A stretch of 63,217 nt of DNA, the filler included, from Thermodesulfobacteriota bacterium (lineage in GTDB: Bacteria; DASVDK01): assembly GCA_036381125.1 (NCBI GenBank). It is 9 parts of 9 records of this genome, joined end to end, with 100 filler letters (N's around TTAATTAATTAA, not from the genome) between each part and the next. Parts side by side here need not be neighbours in the genome. Positions count along the whole stretch, not along the records: positions 40,844 to 59,933 come from DASVDK010000315.1; 8 more parts are not named here. One strand, 5' to 3'. The position numbers were made by a program, and so were the translations under genes. How positions within the stretch are numbered: the stretch's first letter is position 1; each line of letters opens with the position of its first letter. Below the pieces are notes generated by a model, which saw only the letters and a list, made by a program, of their open reading frames with translations, was not told where the DNA came from and searched no databases. Positions 42,496 through 53,046 of the stretch are shown here, one piece after another.

Positions 42496-42529
42496 CGGCG
42501 CCTTCGCGGACCCGGAGCAGAGCGCGCGC

Positions 42530-45500
42530 ATGCCGATGATCGACGACGGGCGGCCACCGGTCCCGGGCCCGGCCCCGGCCCCCGATTCCGTGACGCCACC
42601 GGACGCCCGTCCCGCGGACGCCGAGACCCGAGCGCTCTTCGCCCTGGCGGACACGGTCGTGCGGGGCCTCTCGACCGAGGAGGTCCTCGGGCGCGTCGTG
42701 GAGGAGGTCGAGCGACTCTTCTCGGCGCGCGCGGTGTGGCTGTATCTCCTCGACGAGACGAGCGATCGCCTCGCCGTCCGGGCCGCCCGAACCCCGCATG
42801 CCGGCAACCTGATCCCCTTCGACGTCGCACCGGGCGAGGGGCTCGTCTGGACCGCGTTCGAGACCCGGCGCCTGACCGTCGTCGCCGACGTGGGGACCGA
42901 CGCGCGGATGCGGCACGGCGAGGCCTACGCGGCCGCCGGGATCCGGGAGGCCGTCCTCGTGCCGCTCGTGCACGCGGGCCGCAGCACCGGCGTCCTGGTC
43001 TTCTGCCCCCGCGAGGGGTGGGGCGGCGAGGCGCCGGACGCCCGCCGCCTCGCGATGCTGGCCCTGTTCGCCGCCCATGCCGCCGTGGCGATCCAGAACG
43101 CCGCCGCCCACGCCGAGGCGGTGGCGGCACGGGCCCGCGCCGAGCGCGGCACCCGGCGGCTCGCCGCGATCCAGCGCCTCGAGGAGGCGGTCGCCCTCGT
43201 GAGCGACCTCCCCTCGCTTCTCGGCCGGGCGGCGTCGCTCGCCGCGGCAGCGCTCGGAGCGCGCCGCGGCGCGGTGGCGCTCGCCGAGTGGCCCGAGTGG
43301 CGGCGGGGCCGCGGCCGGATCGTCTTCGGGACGGCGACGGAGGTCTGGGCCGACCTCCCCTGGCGCAGCCTCCCGCTCGGCCGTCGGGACGACGTCCTCG
43401 GGCTGCTCGAGGGACGGCGGGGAGGCGTCGTGCTGCAGCACCCCGCCGACGACCCGCGACTCGGACGGCTGCGACGCTTCATCGGTCCGTCCGACACGCA
43501 GCAGATCCTGATCGCGCCCGTTCGCTCGGGCGACCGGCTGCTCGGCGTGCTGGCCGTGGACGACGGGGCGCGCGGCGGCGCGGAGGCGACCGCGCGGATC
43601 GCCTTCGGGCCGGAGGAGATGGCCCTGCTCGAGTCGCTCGGCGCCCGCCTCGGCGCGGCCGTGGACCGGCTGCACCTGGTCGAGTCGGAGCGGCGCCGCT
43701 CGCGCGAGCTGCTCGCGCTGCAGCGCGCGACGCAGCACCTGGCAACCGCCCTCACCCGCCCGATCCTCCTGCCGCTCGTCGTCGAGGAGGCGGCCAAGCT
43801 GCTCGAGGCCGACGCGGCGCTCCTGCGGCTGCGCGAAGGGGACGAGCTCGTCCTCGCGGCGCACACGGCGGACCTGGCCGCCTGCCACACGACCGACCGG
43901 GTGCCCATCCACGGCTCGGTCTCCGGCCTCGTGGCGTCTCGAGGCGGCCCGGTCACCATCCGCGACCTCGACCGCGACGAGCGCACGCACAACCGGCCGC
44001 TCTGGCAGAGCCGCGGGTTCCGCTCGTACCTCGGCGTCCCGATCCGCACCGACGGCCGCGTCGCCGGGGTGCTCGGCTTCTACAGCCGGGGTCGGCGGCG
44101 CTTCGAGACGCGCGACATCGAGCTGGCGAACACGCTGGCCGACGTCGTGGCGGTCGCCCTCGAGAACGCCCACCTCTTCGAGCGGCTCTCGCTCGCGAGC
44201 CGCGAGTGGGAGGCGTCGTTCAACGCCATGCAGGACGGCATCGCGCTCCTCGACGCCGACGGCCGCATCGTCCGGGCCAACGAGGCGCTCGCCCGCCTGC
44301 TCGGGGTCGCCCCGGGCGGGCTCGTGGGGCGCCGCTTCGCCGATGCGGCGCCCGGCCTGCGGCCGGGCGCCGAGGGGACGCACGACGGCCGCACCCTCGC
44401 GCTCTCGGTCTCGGAGCTGACCGACGACGCGGGCCGGCCGGTCGGCGCCGTGCACGCGGTGCGCGACGTGACCGCCGAGCGCCGCCTCCAGGAGCAGCTC
44501 CTCCAGAGCGAGAAGCTCGCCTCGGTCGGGCAGCTCGTGTCCGGCGTCGCCCACGAGCTCAACAACCCGCTGGCGGCGATCATGGGCTACTGCGAGCTGA
44601 TCCTGCCCCGGGTCGCCGGCGACGCGGGGCTGGCGCAGGACGTGAGCCAGGTTCGCCTGCAGACCGAGCGCGCCTCGCGCATCGTCCACAACCTCCTCGC
44701 CTTCGCGCGCAAGCGGACGCCCGAGGTGCGCGCCGTCTCCCTCAACGAGGTCGTCGAGGCGGCGCTCGAGCTGCAGGCCTACGACCTCAAGGTGAGCGGC
44801 GTCGAGGTGGAGACGGCGCTCGAGGCCGGGCTGCCGGCCGTCATGGCCGACTTCCATCAGATGGAGGACGTGGTCGTCAACGTCCTGGTCAACGCGAAGC
44901 AGGCGATCGCGGCCGAGAAGCCCGAGGGCCGCATCCGCGTCGAGACGCGCGCGATCCGGACGCCGCAGGGCGTCGTCGGGGTCCGGCTCGCCATCCGCGA
45001 CAACGGCCCCGGTATCCCCCGGGAGCACCTCCACCGCGTCTTCGATCCCTTCTTCACGACCAAGCCGGTCGGCGTCGGCACCGGCCTCGGCCTGTCGATC
45101 TGCTTCGGCGTCGTCCAGTCTCACGGGGGACGGATCTGGGCCGAGAGCCAGCCGGGCGCCGGGACCACCATCGTCGTCGAGCTGCCCACGGCCGACCAGG
45201 CGCGCGAGGCGCCGGGGACGCCCGTCCCGGCGTCGGTCGCCGAGCGTCCGGCCGCCGACCAACTCCGCCCGCTCGCGCCGAGCTACGTGCTGGACGGGGT
45301 TCACGCCGAGCCGCTGCGGACCCGCCGGGGGGCCGCGCCGCGGACCCTGCCCGAGCCGCGCCCTCCGGCCGGGCGATTGCCGGGGGTGCCGCTGCGCGTC
45401 CTCGTCGTCGACGACGAGGAGGTGGTGCGCCACGTCGTCTCGGCCATGCTCGCGCTCGAGGGGTACGAGGCGCAGACGGCCGAGGACGGCGTGGCCGCGG

Positions 45501-45751
45501 CGGCGCACCTCGCGGCAGAGCCCTTCGACCTCGTCCTCGCCGACGTGCGGATGCCCGGCATGGGCGGCCTCGAGCTGGCCGACTGGATCGCGGCCCATCG
45601 CCCGGCCCTCTTCGATCGGATCCTCTTCATGACCGGGGACACGGTCGGCGCCTCGACCGGCGCCCTGATCGAGGCGACGGGGCGCCCCTGCCTCGCCAAG
45701 CCCTTCACCCGCGACGCCCTGATGACCGCCGTCCGGGCCGCCATGGAATGA
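42530..45751 (+). CDS. Cytoplasmic hybrid histidine kinase (GAF x3, PAS, HisKA, HATPase, REC)
   Basis: [55 protein letters not shown]; three GAF-like blocks, no TM. Confidence 0.93.
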   Translation: MPMIDDGRPPVPGPAPAPDSVTPPDARPADAETRALFALADTVVRGLSTEEVLGRVVEEVERLFSARAVWLYLLDETSDRLAVRAARTPHAGNLIPFDVAPGEGLVWTAFETRRLTVVADVGTDARMRHGEAYAAAGIREAVLVPLVHAGRSTGVLVFCPREGWGGEAPDARRLAMLALFAAHAAVAIQNAAAHAEAVAARARAERGTRRLAAIQRLEEAVALVSDLPSLLGRAASLAAAALGARRGAVALAEWPEWRRGRGRIVFGTATEVWADLPWRSLPLGRRDDVLGLLEGRRGGVVLQHPADDPRLGRLRRFIGPSDTQQILIAPVRSGDRLLGVLAVDDGARGGAEATARIAFGPEEMALLESLGARLGAAVDRLHLVESERRRSRELLALQRATQHLATALTRPILLPLVVEEAAKLLEADAALLRLREGDELVLAAHTADLAACHTTDRVPIHGSVSGLVASRGGPVTIRDLDRDERTHNRPLWQSRGFRSYLGVPIRTDGRVAGVLGFYSRGRRRFETRDIELANTLADVVAVALENAHLFERLSLASREWEASFNAMQDGIALLDADGRIVRANEALARLLGVAPGGLVGRRFADAAPGLRPGAEGTHDGRTLALSVSELTDDAGRPVGAVHAVRDVTAERRLQEQLLQSEKLASVGQLVSGVAHELNNPLAAIMGYCELILPRVAGDAGLAQDVSQVRLQTERASRIVHNLLAFARKRTPEVRAVSLNEVVEAALELQAYDLKVSGVEVETALEAGLPAVMADFHQMEDVVVNVLVNAKQAIAAEKPEGRIRVETRAIRTPQGVVGVRLAIRDNGPGIPREHLHRVFDPFFTTKPVGVGTGLGLSICFGVVQSHGGRIWAESQPGAGTTIVVELPTADQAREAPGTPVPASVAERPAADQLRPLAPSYVLDGVHAEPLRTRRGAAPRTLPEPRPPAGRLPGVPLRVLVVDDEEVVRHVVSAMLALEGYEAQTAEDGVAAAAHLAAEPFDLVLADVRMPGMGGLELADWIAAHRPALFDRILFMTGDTVGASTGALIEATGRPCLAKPFTRDALMTAVRAAME

Positions 45752-45776
45752 CGGCGTCTCGCCGCGCGACTACAAT
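45748..45776 (+). promoter_or_regulatory. Candidate promoter for a leaderless small gene
   Basis: ATGACG-N17-TACAAT-N6-ATG. Confidence 0.55.
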
Positions 45777-45782
45777 GGCAGC

Positions 45783-46073
45783 ATGAGCCCGATCAACGGG
45801 GCTGCACGCCACCCCTCCGGCCCGAACGACCTGCCGCACTTCGAGCGAGACCTCGCCAACCGGCTCGCCAGTCAGGGCGCGCACGGCGTGCGCGCCGAGG
45901 TGAGCTGGATGGCCAGGCCGGTCGCCGCCTTCAAGGTGACGCTCCAGGAGGACGACCGACGCGAGACCTTCGGCGTCCCGGTCCGCGTCCTCGCCGCCGA
46001 TCGCGACGGCCGCACCTTCGACAGGATCGTCGCCGACGCCCTGCGGCGGCTGCGCGGCCGCGCGGGCCACTGA
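45783..46073 (+). CDS. Hypothetical protein (96 aa)
   Basis: ATG right after a good -10, GC3-rich codons, alpha/beta-like pattern. Confidence 0.65.
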   Translation: MSPINGAARHPSGPNDLPHFERDLANRLASQGAHGVRAEVSWMARPVAAFKVTLQEDDRRETFGVPVRVLAADRDGRTFDRIVADALRRLRGRAGH

Positions 46074-46305
46074 GGCCGCCGCCTCGCGGCCGCGCGGATC
46101 GGGCCTCGGCCCGTACGACCGCGGGGCCCGGCGCCCGGTCCTCTCGCGACCGTCCCCCCGATCACCGCACATGGCGCTGGAATTCCGGCGCGCCGTGAGC
46201 CCGGTCATGGCTCCCTCGACCCGGTACGCGTAGGGTGGCGCGGCATTCGAGCCGGCCGGCTCCCGGGGAGGGGCCGGCGCCCACTCTTCCAGGGAGGCGT
46301 TCCGC

Positions 46306-47016
46306 ATGTTCCGAATCCTCGTCTGCGACCCCGACCTGCTCACGATCATGGAGCGCGAGCGCTGGTTCCTGCACCCGGCCAGGTACCAGGTGCTCCGGGC
46401 CGTGACCGGCGCCGAGGCGGTTGCCCACGCCCGGCGCACGCGCCCCGACGTGCTCGTGGTCGCGCAGGCGCTCGCCGATGGGCCGGGCATTGCCGCGGCG
46501 CGCGGCGTCCGCCATGCGCCGAGCTGTGCGGAGGTCCCGGCGATCCTCACCGCGGACCCCGCCTCCGCCCTCGATCCCGCCTTCCGCCAGCGGGCGACCG
46601 CCGCCGGCATCCAGGCGGTCCTCGCCCGCCCCATCGGCCGCGAGGACTTCTTCGGCGCGGTCCGTCGGGTGGGGCTGCCCACCGGCGCGCCGACGGTGCG
46701 GGTCCCGGTCTCGGCCGCGGCCACGCTGGCGACGCCGGCCGGCCAGATCACCGGCCAGGTGGTGAACCTCTCGCGCGGCGGCGTCTACGTCGCCACCGAC
46801 CGGCAGCTCCCGGCCGGCTCCAAGGTGCGCGTCGGCCTCACGCTGCCGCGCTTCACGAACCCGATCACGCTCAACGGGCAGGTCAAGTGGGCGAACCCGG
46901 GGGGCGCCGAGGGGCTGCCGGCCGGCGTCGGCGTGGAGTTCACGGAGCTGCCGACGCTCACGCAGAGCACGCTCAACCTCTTCATCCTCTCGTCGCCGCG
47001 CGCGGTGCAGCTCTAG
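46306..47016 (+). CDS. Pseudo-receiver + PilZ domain protein
   Basis: N-terminal REC-like fold lacking the phospho-Asp; NLSRGGVYV, G.VKW, GVGVEF PilZ features; GGGAGG SD. Confidence 0.85.
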   Translation: MFRILVCDPDLLTIMERERWFLHPARYQVLRAVTGAEAVAHARRTRPDVLVVAQALADGPGIAAARGVRHAPSCAEVPAILTADPASALDPAFRQRATAAGIQAVLARPIGREDFFGAVRRVGLPTGAPTVRVPVSAAATLATPAGQITGQVVNLSRGGVYVATDRQLPAGSKVRVGLTLPRFTNPITLNGQVKWANPGGAEGLPAGVGVEFTELPTLTQSTLNLFILSSPRAVQL

Positions 47017-47020
47017 ACGA

Positions 47021-47078
47021 GTCAGGAGGAGGGGGGACTCCGGCTCGGCGGATGCCGAGCGGGAGCCTCCCTCCCGAC
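47021..47078. other. Long imperfect GC hairpin after the PilZ gene
   Basis: CTCCGGCTCGGC-GGAT-GCCGAGCGGGAG core with purine/pyrimidine outer arms; no U-tract. Confidence 0.5.
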
Positions 47079-47215
47079 AGCTCGGCCGCCGAACCGCGGC
47101 GAGTCGCGGCGCGCGCCGCGCGACCCCCCGAAGCCGCGCGACCTCCCCATCGTGTCACCCGCTCCGGCCCGTTCACGAGGCCCCGTCAGGGTCGGGTGCC
47201 AGAACCCGACATCGC

Positions 47216-47568
47216 GTGACCGGGTCGCCGGTGAACGCTCCCTCCAGTCCTCGAGAGCCTCCCGCAGGTGATCTGGACCAGAGATCAGCCCGACAGCTTG
47301 CTCCAGGGGTCACGGCCTGCCGTGCCGACGCTCGCAGCCGTACATCGATCCGGCAACCGGGAGCCTCGATCCCGTGCCCCAGGCCCCGGTCGCGCTGGCG
47401 CAGCTCCCGCGCGGCGGCGTGATGGAGCCTTCGGGCCGGTACCTTTACGTGCCGTCGTACGGATCGATCCACGTGCTGGCCGCCGATCCGCGGACCGGGG
47501 GGCTCGAGCCGACCGGAGCCGCCGTCGAGACGGGAGACACCGCCGTCGCCATCGCCGTGACGCCGTGA
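47216..47568 (+). pseudogene. Probable remnant of a lactonase-family beta-propeller gene
   Basis: YIDPATGSLDPVP..PSGRYLYV..DPRTGGL..IAVTP* blade motifs with in-frame stop at 47269; VTGSPV.A.SSP motif in another frame. Confidence 0.55.
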
Positions 47569-47619
47569 GCGGGCCGGCGGCGTACGTTCGCGGCGGACGT
47601 GGTCGCCGACCGGCAGGCG

Positions 47620-48546
47620 TCAATCGCCCTGCAGCACCGCCCGCAGAACGAAGAGGAGGTTCGCCGGCCGCTCCGCGAGCCGCCGCATGAAGTAGCCGTA
47701 CCACGACTTGCCGAAGGGGACGAGGACCCGGACGCGGTAGCCCGCAGCGAGGAGCCGGTCGCGAAGGTCGGCGCCGATCCCGTAGAGGAGCTGGAACTCG
47801 AAGCGGTCGCGCGGCAGCCTGAGGCGCGCCGCCTCGGCCTCGGCGTGCGCCACCATGTGGGGGTCGTGCGTCGCCACGGCGCAGACCCCCCGCGCGCCGC
47901 GAGCCAGGGCGCTGAAGTGCTGCGTGATGAGCCTGAGGAAGGCCGCGTCGACGTCGCGCTTCTTCGGGTACGCGATGTCCGGCGGCTCCCGGTAGGCGCC
48001 CTTGACGAGGCGCACGTTGGCGCCCGACTGGATCAGGCGGTCGAGGTCGCGCTCGCTCCGGTAGAGGTACGCCTGAATGACCACGCCGACGTTGTCGAAC
48101 TCCCGCGCGAGCGCCTCGTGAAGGGCGAGCGTCCGGTCCGTGTACGCGGAGCCCTCCATGTCGATGCGGACGAAGAGGCCGCCCGCCCGCGCCTCCTCGA
48201 GGATCGCCCGCGCGTTCCCGCTGGCCACGGCGTCGCCGAGGTCGAGGCCGAGCTGCGTGAGCTTGACGGAGAGGCTCGGCGCGAGGCCGTCGGCCAGCGC
48301 CTCGCGGACGGTGCGGCGATAGACCTCCGCGGCCGCGCCGGCCGCCTCGGCCGTGGTGACGTTCTCGCCGAGGTAGGTCAGCGCCGCCGCGCACCCGGGC
48401 GGCAGCGCGCGGGCGGCGGCGAGAGCGTCCGGGACGTCGGCTCCGGCGACGAAGCGGCGGACCGCCCCTCGGGTAAGACCCGAGCGCTCGAGACTCGCGC
48501 CGATCGCCGGACGACGCGAGAGCGCGAGGAGGACCTGACGGAGCAT
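47620..48546 (-). CDS. Monofunctional proline dehydrogenase
   Basis: RFVAG, LGE, SVKLTQLG, RIDME, VIQAYLYRS, RLVKGAY.E, ATHD, FQLLYGI, YFMRRLAERPAN. Confidence 0.95.
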   Translation of the reverse strand: MLRQVLLALSRRPAIGASLERSGLTRGAVRRFVAGADVPDALAAARALPPGCAAALTYLGENVTTAEAAGAAAEVYRRTVREALADGLAPSLSVKLTQLGLDLGDAVASGNARAILEEARAGGLFVRIDMEGSAYTDRTLALHEALAREFDNVGVVIQAYLYRSERDLDRLIQSGANVRLVKGAYREPPDIAYPKKRDVDAAFLRLITQHFSALARGARGVCAVATHDPHMVAHAEAEAARLRLPRDRFEFQLLYGIGADLRDRLLAAGYRVRVLVPFGKSWYGYFMRRLAERPANLLFVLRAVLQGD

Positions 48547-48593
48547 GGCCGGTCAGGGTAGCGCGCGCCGACTGCCCGAACCAGCCGCCGACG

Positions 48594-48776
48594 CTAGGCG
48601 TGAGGGTCGCGGGCCAGGCGCCGCAGGCGCTGCTTCTCGGCCGCGCGGTCCTTGCGCTTCGGCTTCGGCGTGATCACCTGCTCGGGCCTCGGCGGCAAGG
48701 GGAGCCGCCCCAGGCTCGCGAGCACCCCCACCGCCCGAGCCGCCCGGCGCTGCCGCCTCGACTTCCGCCTGGCCAT
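48594..48776 (-). CDS. Small very basic protein (60 aa)
   Basis: GGAGGT SD + ATG; MARRKSRRQRR...RLPLPPRPEQVITPKPKRKDRAAEKQRLRR. Confidence 0.65.
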   Translation of the reverse strand: MARRKSRRQRRAARAVGVLASLGRLPLPPRPEQVITPKPKRKDRAAEKQRLRRLARDPHA

Positions 48777-48868
48777 CGCCACCTCCACCACCGGCTCGCG
48801 CACGCGTCCGTTCCGCTCGTCGGCGCGCCGTGCGGCGCCGCCGCCCCGCCCCCGGTACACTAGCGCGC

Positions 48869-49411
48869 GTGGACCGCCTTCCGCCGCTCCTGACGATCGG
48901 GCACTCCACGAGGCCGCTCCCCGGGCTCATCGCCCTCCTCGCGCGCCACGGCGTCCGATCGCTCGCCGACGTGCGCGCCTTTCCAGGCTCGCGGGCGAAC
49001 CCGCAGTACCGGCGCGAGAGCCTCGAGCCGGCCCTCGCCGCGGCCGGAATCCGCTACGAGTGGATCCCGGCCCTCGGCGGCCGCCGCCCGCGTCCGCCCG
49101 GGCCTCCGCGCTTGGGCGGCTGGAGCGAACCGGGCTTCCAGGGCTACGAGGCGCACATGTCGACCGACGAGTTCGCGAGCGGACTCGCCCGCCTCCTCGC
49201 CCTCGCCCGCGAGACCGCGCCGGATCGGACGGCGTTCATGTGCAGCGAGGCCAGGTGGTGGAGCTGTCACCGCGCGATGATCGCCGACGCGCTGGCCGCC
49301 CGCGGCCTCGCGGTGCGGCACATCATGGACGCCGACCTCGTCGCGCATCCCCTCGACGCACGGCGCGACCGCTACGCACCGGGGACCTTGCCCGCGCCCG
49401 GCGGGCGCTAG
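48869..49411 (+). CDS. DUF488 family protein
   Basis: TIGHSTR, DVR.FP.SR..P, LGGRR, MCSEA.WW.CHR..IAD; TACACT 7 nt before GTG. Confidence 0.92.
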   Translation: MDRLPPLLTIGHSTRPLPGLIALLARHGVRSLADVRAFPGSRANPQYRRESLEPALAAAGIRYEWIPALGGRRPRPPGPPRLGGWSEPGFQGYEAHMSTDEFASGLARLLALARETAPDRTAFMCSEARWWSCHRAMIADALAARGLAVRHIMDADLVAHPLDARRDRYAPGTLPAPGGR

Positions 49412-49421
49412 AATCCCGGTC

Positions 49422-51029
49422 ATGCGCCGTCTCGAGTCGCGCGTGTCGACGCGCTCCGCCGAGTTCGAGGCCAACCGCCGGCACAACGAGGCGCTGGCGG
49501 CGCAGTTGCGCGAGCGGCTCGCCCGCGTCCGGATGGGCGGGGGGCCCGAGGCGCGCGCCCGGCACGCGGCGCGCGGCAAGCTCCTCGTGCGCGAGCGCAT
49601 CGACCGGCTGCTCGATCCGGGCACGCCGTTCCTCGAGCTGTCGCCGCTGGCCGCGCACGACCTCTACGGCGGCGAGGCGCCCGGCGCCGGGCTCGTGACC
49701 GGCATCGGGGTGGTGCACGGGCGCGAGGTGGTGATCGTCGCCAACGACGCCACGGTCAAGGGCGGCACGTACTACCCGCTGACCGTCAAGAAGCACCTGC
49801 GCGCGCAGGAGATCGCCCTCGAGAACCGGCTGCCGTGCATCTACCTGGTCGACTCGGGCGGCGCGTTCCTGCCGCTGCAGGCCGAGGTCTTCCCCGACCG
49901 GGACCACTTCGGCCGCATCTTCTACAACCAGGCCCGCATGAGCGCCGAGGGCATCCCCCAGCTCGCCGCGGTCATGGGCTCCTGCACGGCCGGGGGGGCC
50001 TACGTGCCGGCGATGTGCGACGAGACGGTGATCGTGCGCGGCACCGGAACGATCTTCCTCGGCGGCCCGCCGCTGGTCAAGGCGGCCACCGGCGAGGAGG
50101 TGACGCCCGAAGAGCTGGGGGGCGGCCTCGTCCACACGGAGAAGTCGGGGGTCGCCGACTACCTGGCCGACGACGACGCCCACGCGCTCGGCCTGCTGCG
50201 CGACATCGTCGCGCACCTCGGCGCGCCGACGCGCCGCGCCGCCGACGCGGCCGCGCCCGAGCCGCCCGCCTACGACCCGCGCGAGCTGTACGGCATCCTG
50301 CCCGCCGACCCCCGGACGCCCTACGAGGTCCGCGAGGTGATCGCCCGCCTCGTCGACGGCAGCCGCTTCCACGAGTTCAAGCCGCGCTACGGGCCGACGC
50401 TCGTCACCGGCTTCGCCCGGCTGCACGGCTACCTGGTGGGGCTCCTCGCCAACAACGGCGTCCTCTTTTCCGAGGCGGCGCTCAAGGCGACGCACTTCAT
50501 CCAGCTCTGCAACGCCCGGGGCGTGCCGCTCGTCTTCCTGCAGAACATCACCGGCTTCATGGTGGGTCGGCAGTACGAGCAGGGCGGCATCGCCAAGGAC
50601 GGGGCCAAGATGGTGAACGCCGTGGCCACCTCGGTCGTGCCGAAGTTCACGGTGATCATCGGCGGCTCCCACGGCGCGGGCAACTACGGCATGTGCGGCC
50701 GCGCCTTCCAGCCCCGCCTGCTCTTCATGTGGCCGCAGGGCCGCATCTCGGTCATGGGGGGCGAGCAGGCGGCGCTCACCCTCCTGCAGGTCAAGCTCGA
50801 CCAGCTCAGGGCGCGCGGCGAGGCGCTCGACGCCGACCAGCAGGCGGCCTTCATGGCGCCGATTCGCGAGACGTACGAGCGCGAGGGCTCGCCCTACTTC
50901 TCGACGGCGCGACTCTGGGACGACGGCGTGCTCGACCCGCTCGAGACGCGCGACGCGCTGGGGCTCGGCCTGGCCGCCTCCCTCCACGCCCCGATCGGCA
51001 CCCCGGCCTACGGGGTCTTCCGGATGTAG
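49422..51029 (+). CDS. Methylcrotonyl-CoA carboxylase-type carboxyltransferase (beta) subunit
   Basis: [63 protein letters not shown]. Confidence 0.95.
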   Translation: MRRLESRVSTRSAEFEANRRHNEALAAQLRERLARVRMGGGPEARARHAARGKLLVRERIDRLLDPGTPFLELSPLAAHDLYGGEAPGAGLVTGIGVVHGREVVIVANDATVKGGTYYPLTVKKHLRAQEIALENRLPCIYLVDSGGAFLPLQAEVFPDRDHFGRIFYNQARMSAEGIPQLAAVMGSCTAGGAYVPAMCDETVIVRGTGTIFLGGPPLVKAATGEEVTPEELGGGLVHTEKSGVADYLADDDAHALGLLRDIVAHLGAPTRRAADAAAPEPPAYDPRELYGILPADPRTPYEVREVIARLVDGSRFHEFKPRYGPTLVTGFARLHGYLVGLLANNGVLFSEAALKATHFIQLCNARGVPLVFLQNITGFMVGRQYEQGGIAKDGAKMVNAVATSVVPKFTVIIGGSHGAGNYGMCGRAFQPRLLFMWPQGRISVMGGEQAALTLLQVKLDQLRARGEALDADQQAAFMAPIRETYEREGSPYFSTARLWDDGVLDPLETRDALGLGLAASLHAPIGTPAYGVFRM

Positions 51030-51039
51030 GAGGCACGAG

Positions 51040-52512
51040 ATGCGCCGGGTGCTCATGGCCAATCGCGGCGAGATCGCCGTGCGGGTGATCCGCGCCTGCC
51101 GGCTCCTGGGGCTCGAGAGCGTGGCCGTCTACGCGGAGGGCGACCGCGAGGCGCCGCACGTGGGGCTGGCCGACCGCGCCGTGGCGCTCGGCGGCGCCAC
51201 GCCCGCCGAGTCGTACCTGGCCGTCGAGGCGCTCCTCGCGGCGGCGCGGGCGAGCGGCGCCGACGCGGTGCACCCCGGCTACGGCTTCCTCGCCGAGCGG
51301 GCCGACTTCGCGGCGGCGGTCGAGGGGGCGGGGCTCGTCTTCGTGGGGCCGACGGCCGAGGTGATGGCCGCGCTGGGCGACAAGGTGGCGGCGCGGCGGC
51401 TGGCCGCGCGGGTCGGCGTCCCGGTGCTGCCGGGGGTGGAGCTGGCCGAGGGCGCGGCGCCGCCCGCGGCGGGGCTCGACTACCCGCTCGTCGTCAAGGC
51501 GGCGGCCGGCGGTGGCGGGCGCGGCCTGCGGCGGGTCGAGCGGCCGGCCGACCTCGCGCCCGCGCTCGAGGGGGCGCGGCGCGAGGCGCTGGCCGCCTTC
51601 GGCGACGGGACCGTCTACCTCGAGCGCTGGCTGCCGCGGGCGCGCCACGTCGAGGTCCAGGTGCTCGGCGACGGGCGGGGCGGGCTCGTCCATCTCGGCG
51701 AGCGGGAGTGCTCGATCCAGCGCCGGCACCAGAAGCTCCTCGAGGAGAGCCCTTCGCCGGCGGTCTCCCCCGCCCTGCGGCGGCAGCTCACCGAGGCGGC
51801 GCTGGTTCTGGCGCGGGCCGTCGGCTACCGCAGCGCCGGCACGGTCGAGTTCCTCCTCGACGACGCCGGGCGCTTCTACTTCCTCGAGGTCAACACCCGC
51901 CTGCAGGTCGAGCACCCGGTCACCGAGTGGGTGACCGGCCTCGACCTGGTGGCGCTGCAACTGCGCCTCGCGGCTGGCGAGGCGCTGCCGCTCGCGCAGC
52001 GCGACGTGTCGCTCGCCGGGCACGCCATCGAGTGCCGCCTGGTGGCCGAGGACCCGGCCGCGGGGTTCCTGCCGGCGACCGGCCGGGTGCGCGCCCTCGA
52101 GTGGCCCACCGGCCCGGGCGTGCGGGTCGATGCCGGCATCGCGCCCGGCAGCGTCGTCGGGAGCGAGTACGACTCGCTCCTCGCCAAGGTCTCCACCTGG
52201 GGCGAGACGCGCGAGGCGGCGCGCCGGCGGATGGTGGAGGCGCTGCGCGCCACGACGCTGCTCGGCGTGGCGACGGTGCGCGACCTGCACCTGGCGCTCC
52301 TGGAGGACCCGGCCTTCGTGGCGGGCGAGACGCACATCCGGTTCCTCGACGACCGCTACGCCGCCTGGCGCCCCCCGGCGCCGGCCGGCCGGCCGGCGCT
52401 CCTGGCCGCCGCGGCGCTCGCCCGCGCGGCCGCGCCGCGAGCCGCCGTGCCGGGCGCGGCCCCGTCGCCCTGGCAGACCCTCGGGCCCTTCCGGCTGGGC
52501 GAGGGGCGCTGA
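51040..52512 (+). CDS. Biotin carboxylase subunit
   Basis: ANRGEIAVR, HPGYGFL, GGGGRG, ECSIQRRHQK, FLEVNTRLQVEHPVTE, YDSLLAK. Confidence 0.95.
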   Translation: MRRVLMANRGEIAVRVIRACRLLGLESVAVYAEGDREAPHVGLADRAVALGGATPAESYLAVEALLAAARASGADAVHPGYGFLAERADFAAAVEGAGLVFVGPTAEVMAALGDKVAARRLAARVGVPVLPGVELAEGAAPPAAGLDYPLVVKAAAGGGGRGLRRVERPADLAPALEGARREALAAFGDGTVYLERWLPRARHVEVQVLGDGRGGLVHLGERECSIQRRHQKLLEESPSPAVSPALRRQLTEAALVLARAVGYRSAGTVEFLLDDAGRFYFLEVNTRLQVEHPVTEWVTGLDLVALQLRLAAGEALPLAQRDVSLAGHAIECRLVAEDPAAGFLPATGRVRALEWPTGPGVRVDAGIAPGSVVGSEYDSLLAKVSTWGETREAARRRMVEALRATTLLGVATVRDLHLALLEDPAFVAGETHIRFLDDRYAAWRPPAPAGRPALLAAAALARAAAPRAAVPGAAPSPWQTLGPFRLGEGR

Positions 52513-52515
52513 GCC

Positions 52516-53031
52516 ATGCGGCTCTACTTCCGGCTCGGCGAGGCGCGCCACGCGGTCGACCTCGCGCGCGAGGCCGACGGCCGGTGGCGGGTCGAGACGG
52601 GCGACGTCCGCCTCGCCGGCACCGTCGACGGCGCGACGCCCGGCGAGGTGCGGCTCGAGATCGACGGGCGGGTCGTGCGCGCGGTGGTGGCGCGCGACGG
52701 CGGCCGCTGGTGGGTCGCCGTGGGGGGCGAGATCGCGGTGCTCGAGGAGGCCGAGGAGGCCGACGCCCCCGGAAGCCGCGCGCACACGGCCGGCGAGGTC
52801 GTCGCCCCCATCCCCGGCCGCGTGGTGAGGGTGCTCGCGGCCGAGGGGGAGCCGGTCGAGGCGGGGCAGGTGCTCGTGACGGTCGAGGCGATGAAGACCG
52901 AGAACGCCGTGCGGGCCGAGGGCGCGGGCCGCGTCGCGCGCGTCCTCGTCGCCCCGGGCGACCGCGTCGAGCCGGGGCAGCCCCTGATGGCGCTCGACCC
53001 GGGGGAGCCGGCAGGCCCGGACGGGACCTGA
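52516..53031 (+). CDS. Biotin carboxyl carrier protein with N-terminal BT-like domain
   Basis: APIPGRV, GQ.L..VEAMKTEN biotinyl motif. Confidence 0.9.
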   Translation: MRLYFRLGEARHAVDLAREADGRWRVETGDVRLAGTVDGATPGEVRLEIDGRVVRAVVARDGGRWWVAVGGEIAVLEEAEEADAPGSRAHTAGEVVAPIPGRVVRVLAAEGEPVEAGQVLVTVEAMKTENAVRAEGAGRVARVLVAPGDRVEPGQPLMALDPGEPAGPDGT

Positions 53032-53046
53032 CGGCCGAGCGCCCGC

